From positions 608,001-672,000 of the forward strand of contig CAVQEQ010000003.1 of NCBI GenBank assembly GCA_963711565.1: a stretch of 64,000 nucleotides of DNA. Reading direction: 5' to 3'. Position 1 is the stretch's first letter. Every line of letters begins with the position of its first letter. Origin of the DNA: an uncultured delta proteobacterium. GTDB lineage: Bacteria; Desulfobacterota; Binatia; Binatales; Binataceae. Below the pieces are notes generated by a model. It had not been told where the DNA came from. It ran no database searches and worked only from the letters and a program-made list of their open reading frames with translations. This document shows, in pieces, positions 58,559-64,000 of this stretch. Position numbers and translations under genes: made by a program.

Positions 58559-59219
58559 TTTGCTTCCCCGCAAACCGAGCTTCGATTGCCTTGGCGGTCT
58601 GACTCGTCATCACGAGTTCCCGGTAATTGAGCACGTCGTAAACGTTGAGCCCTTCAATCGCGAGCACCTTGTGGGCGGCCAGGTTGCGCGCGGCGAGAAA
58701 AAACTTGGCGTCGCCCTCGCCCGTAACAATCAAAGCGTGCTCGACGCCGAGCTTGCCGAGAGCAGCCTTGGCGGCTTTGGTCTTCGGCTCCGCGATATCG
58801 AGCGACTCGACGACGAACAGCTTGCCGTTCTTCGCGCGATCGGAAATCGCCAGGCATAGCGCGGCGCGCCACGCCTTTTTCGGCATCTTGTATGAATAGT
58901 CGCGCGGCTGCGGTCCGAAGATCGTTCCGCCATGCCGCCAGATTGGCGAGCGAGTCGAGCCGGCGCGCGCGCGGCCGGTGCCCTTCTGCCGCCATGGCTT
59001 GCGGCCGCCGCCCGAGATGAGTCCCTTGGTCTTGGTCGAGGCGGTGCCGGAGCGGCGATTCGCAAGCTGCATCCGAACCGCCTCATGCAGCAGCGACACG
59101 TCGCCGTCGCGGCCGAAGACGTTGCCGGCGACTTCGAGCTCGCCGACTTTCTCGTGCGACGCCGAGTAGAGCGGCAGCTTGACCGGCGATGCCGATTGTT
59201 TTTCTTTTCGCTCAGGCAC
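58551..59219 (-). CDS. rplD: 50S ribosomal protein L4
   Basis: [25 protein letters not shown]. Confidence 0.97.
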   Translation of the reverse strand: MPERKEKQSASPVKLPLYSASHEKVGELEVAGNVFGRDGDVSLLHEAVRMQLANRRSGTASTKTKGLISGGGRKPWRQKGTGRARAGSTRSPIWRHGGTIFGPQPRDYSYKMPKKAWRAALCLAISDRAKNGKLFVVESLDIAEPKTKAAKAALGKLGVEHALIVTGEGDAKFFLAARNLAAHKVLAIEGLNVYDVLNYRELVMTSQTAKAIEARFAGKQNE

Positions 59220-59883
59220 TGGCTGTCACCTTGACGTTCGCGCGGCGGCGCGGGCGGGCCGCGTGATGTACGACGAGCAGCGCGCCGTCGGGTCCGGGCA
59301 CGGCGCCCGAGATGACGACGGCGTTGTCGTCGGCAAGAATCTCGAGCACCTCGAGATTGAGTATCGAGGCGGTCGCATTGCCCATCTGCCCCGCCATCCG
59401 CATGCCCTTGCGCACGCGGCCGGGATAAGAACGGTTGCCGATCGAGCCGCCGTGACGGAAATATTCGTGGGTGCCGTGCGAGCCGGGAAAGCCGGAAAAG
59501 TGATGGCGCTTGATGACGCCGGCGTAGCCGTGGCCCTTCGAGATTCCAGTCACATCGACCTGGTCGCCGACCTTGAACACGTCGGACGCCGCTATCGGCT
59601 GCCCGAGTGTCAGATCGCCTTCGCCGCGACGCTCGAACTCGCCCGACTTGATGCCGGCCGCGATGTTGGCCTTGGCGAAATGCCCGCGGACCGCGCCGGT
59701 CACGCGATTCAGCTTGCGCTTGCCGAAGGTCACCTGGACGCTGTCGTAGCCGTCGGTCGCCGCGGTCTTAAGCTGCGACACCGTGCATGGCCCGAGCGTC
59801 AACACCGTAGCCGCGCGCACGCGGCCACTGGGGTCGGTCACCTGGGTCATCCCAATTTTCTTGCCAATCAATCCGGTCAGCAT
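59212..59883 (-). CDS. rplC: 50S ribosomal protein L3
   Basis: [22 protein letters not shown]. Confidence 0.97.
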   Translation of the reverse strand: MLTGLIGKKIGMTQVTDPSGRVRAATVLTLGPCTVSQLKTAATDGYDSVQVTFGKRKLNRVTGAVRGHFAKANIAAGIKSGEFERRGEGDLTLGQPIAASDVFKVGDQVDVTGISKGHGYAGVIKRHHFSGFPGSHGTHEYFRHGGSIGNRSYPGRVRKGMRMAGQMGNATASILNLEVLEILADDNAVVISGAVPGPDGALLVVHHAARPRRRANVKVTASA

Positions 59884-59888
59884 CGGCC

Positions 59889-60197
59889 CTACTCGAGCTT
59901 GATTTCAACGTCCACGCCCGCGGCGAGGTCGAGCTTGCCCAGCGCGTCGATGGTCTGCTGGGTCGGCTCGAGGACGTCGAGCAGACGTTTATGCGTTCGT
60001 ATTTCAAAATGCTCGCGCGACTTCTTGTCAACGTGCGGCGAGCGGTTGACGGTGAAGCGCTCGATGCGAGTCGGCAGCGGGATCGGACCCGCCACGCGGC
60101 CGCCGGTGCGCCGGATAGTATCCACGATTTCGCGAACCGACTGATCGAGCAGGCGGTAGTCGTACGCTTTGAGGCGTATGCGTATCTTGTCGTTCAT
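59889..60197 (-). CDS. rpsJ: 30S ribosomal protein S10
   Basis: [23 protein letters not shown]. Confidence 0.97.
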   Translation of the reverse strand: MNDKIRIRLKAYDYRLLDQSVREIVDTIRRTGGRVAGPIPLPTRIERFTVNRSPHVDKKSREHFEIRTHKRLLDVLEPTQQTIDALGKLDLAAGVDVEIKLE

Positions 60198-60286
60198 CTA
60201 GAAAATACCGCGCCCGATTCGTTCAGCGCTCCGCTCCATCGATGCTCTATTGCGTACGGTCCCTATTGCTCTTGCTTCAGTGTCAG

Positions 60287-61486
<1,200 letters not shown>

Positions 61487-61526
61487 TGTGGTGTAACCTC
61501 CGATTGAGCGCGTTGCTCATGAGTCG

Positions 61527-63617
61527 TTATGCGCGCTTCTTTTCCTTGCTGTCGCCAGTCTGCGCCATCAACTCATCCAGAATATTTTTTGGCACGGGTT
61601 CATACGCGCCGAACTGCATCGTGTAAGTTGCGCGGCCCTGGGTCATCGAGCGCAGCCGCGTGGCGTAACCGAACATAGTAGCGAGCGGGACGCGGGCCTC
61701 GATGACCTGCGCGCCAGCGCGATTTTCCATGTCGAGAATCTTGCCGCGCCGCCCGCTCAAGTCGCCGATAACCTCGCCCATGAACTCCTGCGGGGTGACG
61801 GCCTCGACCTCCATGACAGGCTCGAGCAGAATCGGCTCGGCCTTTTCGCAAGCCTCTTTGAAAGCCATCGAGCCGGCAATTTTGAACGCGAGCTCGGACG
61901 AGTCCACGTCGTGTTCCTTGCCGTCGACGACGATCGCCTTGATATCGACCATCGGGTAACCCAGGATCACGCCGTTCTCCATCGCTTCTTTCACACCGTC
62001 TTCGACTGCCGGAATGAAGTTGCGCGAGATCGAGCCGCCCTTGGTGCCGTCCTCGAACTCGAAGCCGCCGCCTTTGGGGAGCGGCTCGATACGGAGCTCG
62101 ACCACGGCGAATTGGCCGTGACCGCCGCTCTGGCGGACCAGGCGGCCCTCGGCTTCCGAGGCGCGCTTGATGGTTTCGCGGTAGGCGACCTGCGGCTTGC
62201 CGATATTGGCGTCAACTTTGAATTCGCGCAGCATCCGATCGACGATAATTTCGAGATGCAGCTCGCCCATCCCGGCGATAAGCGTCTGCGAAGTTTCCTT
62301 ATTTACGCTGACGCGGAACGACGGGTCTTCCTTGGCGAGCTTCTGCAGCGCCTCGCCGAGCTTCTCCTGGTCGGCCTTGGTCTTGGGCTCGATCGCGATC
62401 TGGATGACAGGCTCGGGAAACTCGATCGACTCGAGCACAATCGGCGCGGCCGGATCGCATAGCGTGTCGCCGGTAGTAGTATCGCGCAGGCCGACGGCGC
62501 AGATGTCACCGGCGTAAACCTCGGTGATGTCTTCGCGCTTGTTCGCGTGCATCTTGAGCATCCGGCCGATTCGTTCGCGCTTGCCGCGGGTGGAATTGAG
62601 CAGCGACGAGCCGCTTTCCAGCTTGCCCGAATAAACCCGGATGAAGGTGAGCGTGCCCATATGCTGGTCGTTCATTATTTTGAACGCGAGCGCGGAGAAC
62701 GGCGCGTCGTCACGCGGCCATCGCTCTTCAATCTTGTCGCCGACCTTGCCGACGACCGGAGGGAGGTCCAGCGGCGAGGGCAGGTAATCGACGACCGCGT
62801 CGAGCATCGGCTGCACGCCCTTGTTGCGGAACGCGGAGCCGAGGATCACGGGCGTGATCGCCATCTTGAGCGTGGCGGCGCGAATCGCGGCGCGAATCTG
62901 TGCGGGCTCGGGGTGCTTGCCCTCGAGGTAGAGCTCCATGATCTTCTCGTCGTGATCGGCGAGCGTCTCGACCAGCTTGTCGCGATAGCCCGCGGCCTGT
63001 TCTTTCATATCGGCGGGGATTTCCGCGGTACGATACTCCGCGCCGAGACGATCCTCGTCCCAAATGAGCGCTTTCTGATCGATCAGATCGATAAGGCCGG
63101 TGAACTTTTCCTCGGCGCCAATCGGCAGATGCAACAGCAGCGGCGTGGCCTTGAGCTTATCGCGCATTTCCTGCACGACACGCTCGAACTCGGCGCCGAC
63201 GCGATCCATCTTGTTGATGAACGCGACGCGGGGGACCCGGTACTTGTCGGCCTGGCGCCAGACGGTCTCAGATTGCGGCTCGACGCCGCCGACCGCGCAA
63301 AAGACCGCGACCGCGCCGTCGAGGACGCGGAGGCTGCGCTCGACTTCGATCGTGAAATCGACGTGTCCCGGCGTGTCGATAATATTGATGCGCATGTCGC
63401 GCCAGAAGCAGGTGGTGGCCGCCGACGTAATCGTGATGCCGCGCTCCTGCTCCTGCACCATCCAGTCCATCGTCGCGGTGCCTTCGTGCACTTCGCCAAT
63501 TTTGTAATTGATGCCGGTGTAGAAGAGCACGCGCTCGGTAGTGGTGGTCTTACCGGCGTCGATGTGCGCCATGATGCCGATGTTGCGCACCCGTTCTATT
63601 GGTGTCTGACGAGCCAT
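61527..63617 (-). CDS. fusA: Elongation factor G
   Basis: [26 protein letters not shown]. Confidence 0.98.
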   Translation of the reverse strand: MARQTPIERVRNIGIMAHIDAGKTTTTERVLFYTGINYKIGEVHEGTATMDWMVQEQERGITITSAATTCFWRDMRINIIDTPGHVDFTIEVERSLRVLDGAVAVFCAVGGVEPQSETVWRQADKYRVPRVAFINKMDRVGAEFERVVQEMRDKLKATPLLLHLPIGAEEKFTGLIDLIDQKALIWDEDRLGAEYRTAEIPADMKEQAAGYRDKLVETLADHDEKIMELYLEGKHPEPAQIRAAIRAATLKMAITPVILGSAFRNKGVQPMLDAVVDYLPSPLDLPPVVGKVGDKIEERWPRDDAPFSALAFKIMNDQHMGTLTFIRVYSGKLESGSSLLNSTRGKRERIGRMLKMHANKREDITEVYAGDICAVGLRDTTTGDTLCDPAAPIVLESIEFPEPVIQIAIEPKTKADQEKLGEALQKLAKEDPSFRVSVNKETSQTLIAGMGELHLEIIVDRMLREFKVDANIGKPQVAYRETIKRASEAEGRLVRQSGGHGQFAVVELRIEPLPKGGGFEFEDGTKGGSISRNFIPAVEDGVKEAMENGVILGYPMVDIKAIVVDGKEHDVDSSELAFKIAGSMAFKEACEKAEPILLEPVMEVEAVTPQEFMGEVIGDLSGRRGKILDMENRAGAQVIEARVPLATMFGYATRLRSMTQGRATYTMQFGAYEPVPKNILDELMAQTGDSKEKKRA

Positions 63618-63633
63618 CTAAAAAAACTCGGTA

Positions 63634-63999
63634 TTACCAGCGATAGTGGGCGAACGCCTTGTTGGCATCCGCCATTCGATGTGTGTCTTCGCGCTTCTTG
63701 ACCGCGCCGCCGCGATTGGCGGCAGCGTCGAGGATTTCAGCGGCGAGCCGCTCTTCCATCGACTTCTCGCCACGCGAGCGCGCAGCGGTCACCAGCCAGC
63801 GCATCGCGAGCGAATTGCGCCGCGCCGGACGGACCTCGCTCGGGACTTGATAGTTGGCGCCGCCGACCCGGCGCGAGCGAACCTCGACCGCGGGACGAAC
63901 GTTGTCGAGCGCGCGCTTGAAGACGACCAGGCCGTCTTCCTTCGAGCGCTCGGCGGCGAGATCCAGCGCGTGATAGAAAATCTGCTCGGCGAGCGACTT
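63634..63999 (-). CDS. rpsG: 30S ribosomal protein S7 (5' end outside window)
   Basis: Manual translation KSLAEQIFY...[16 protein letters not shown]...[15 protein letters not shown]-stop, directly upstream of fusA. Confidence 0.96.
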   Translation of the reverse strand, partial: KSLAEQIFYHALDLAAERSKEDGLVVFKRALDNVRPAVEVRSRRVGGANYQVPSEVRPARRNSLAMRWLVTAARSRGEKSMEERLAAEILDAAANRGGAVKKREDTHRMADANKAFAHYRW

Positions 64000-64000
64000 C

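Overview
GC-rich bacterial chromosome segment. Gene content and protein style suggest Candidatus Binatia/Binatota or a related deltaproteobacterial lineage (inference, not tested). The region 1-44 kb is accessory/metabolic. It carries a translationally coupled C5-dicarboxylyl-CoA-type operon (two MaoC hydratases, acyl-CoA dehydrogenase, CoA-transferase, CitE/Mcl-type lyase) and a ~1320-aa protein made of two GT-C/YfhO-like modules. It also has hydrolases/oxidoreductases, an ImmA/IrrE-type metallopeptidase divergent from a GNAT-like gene plus fatty-acid desaturase, a P450, ggt, ArnT and a flippase-like gene, and a QueC-like protein. Further along are hopanoid genes hpnJ-hpnI, an RcnR-controlled CzcCBA-type efflux pump, a cupredoxin/cytochrome c pair, clpB, a Crp/Fnr regulator and tldD-pmbA. 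The region 44-64 kb is the str-S10-spc-alpha ribosomal superoperon on the minus strand (rpsG partial to rplQ). No rRNA, tRNA, CRISPR array or transposase was seen. The most notable items are the peptidase/acyltransferase/desaturase module, REP/REPIN-like palindromic elements (one inverted doublet, two single copies inside the ribosomal operon), a duplicated structured leader before rpsK and rpsD, and a 4-Cys insertion in EF-Tu. All calls come from reading the sequence and motif recognition; no database searches were run.
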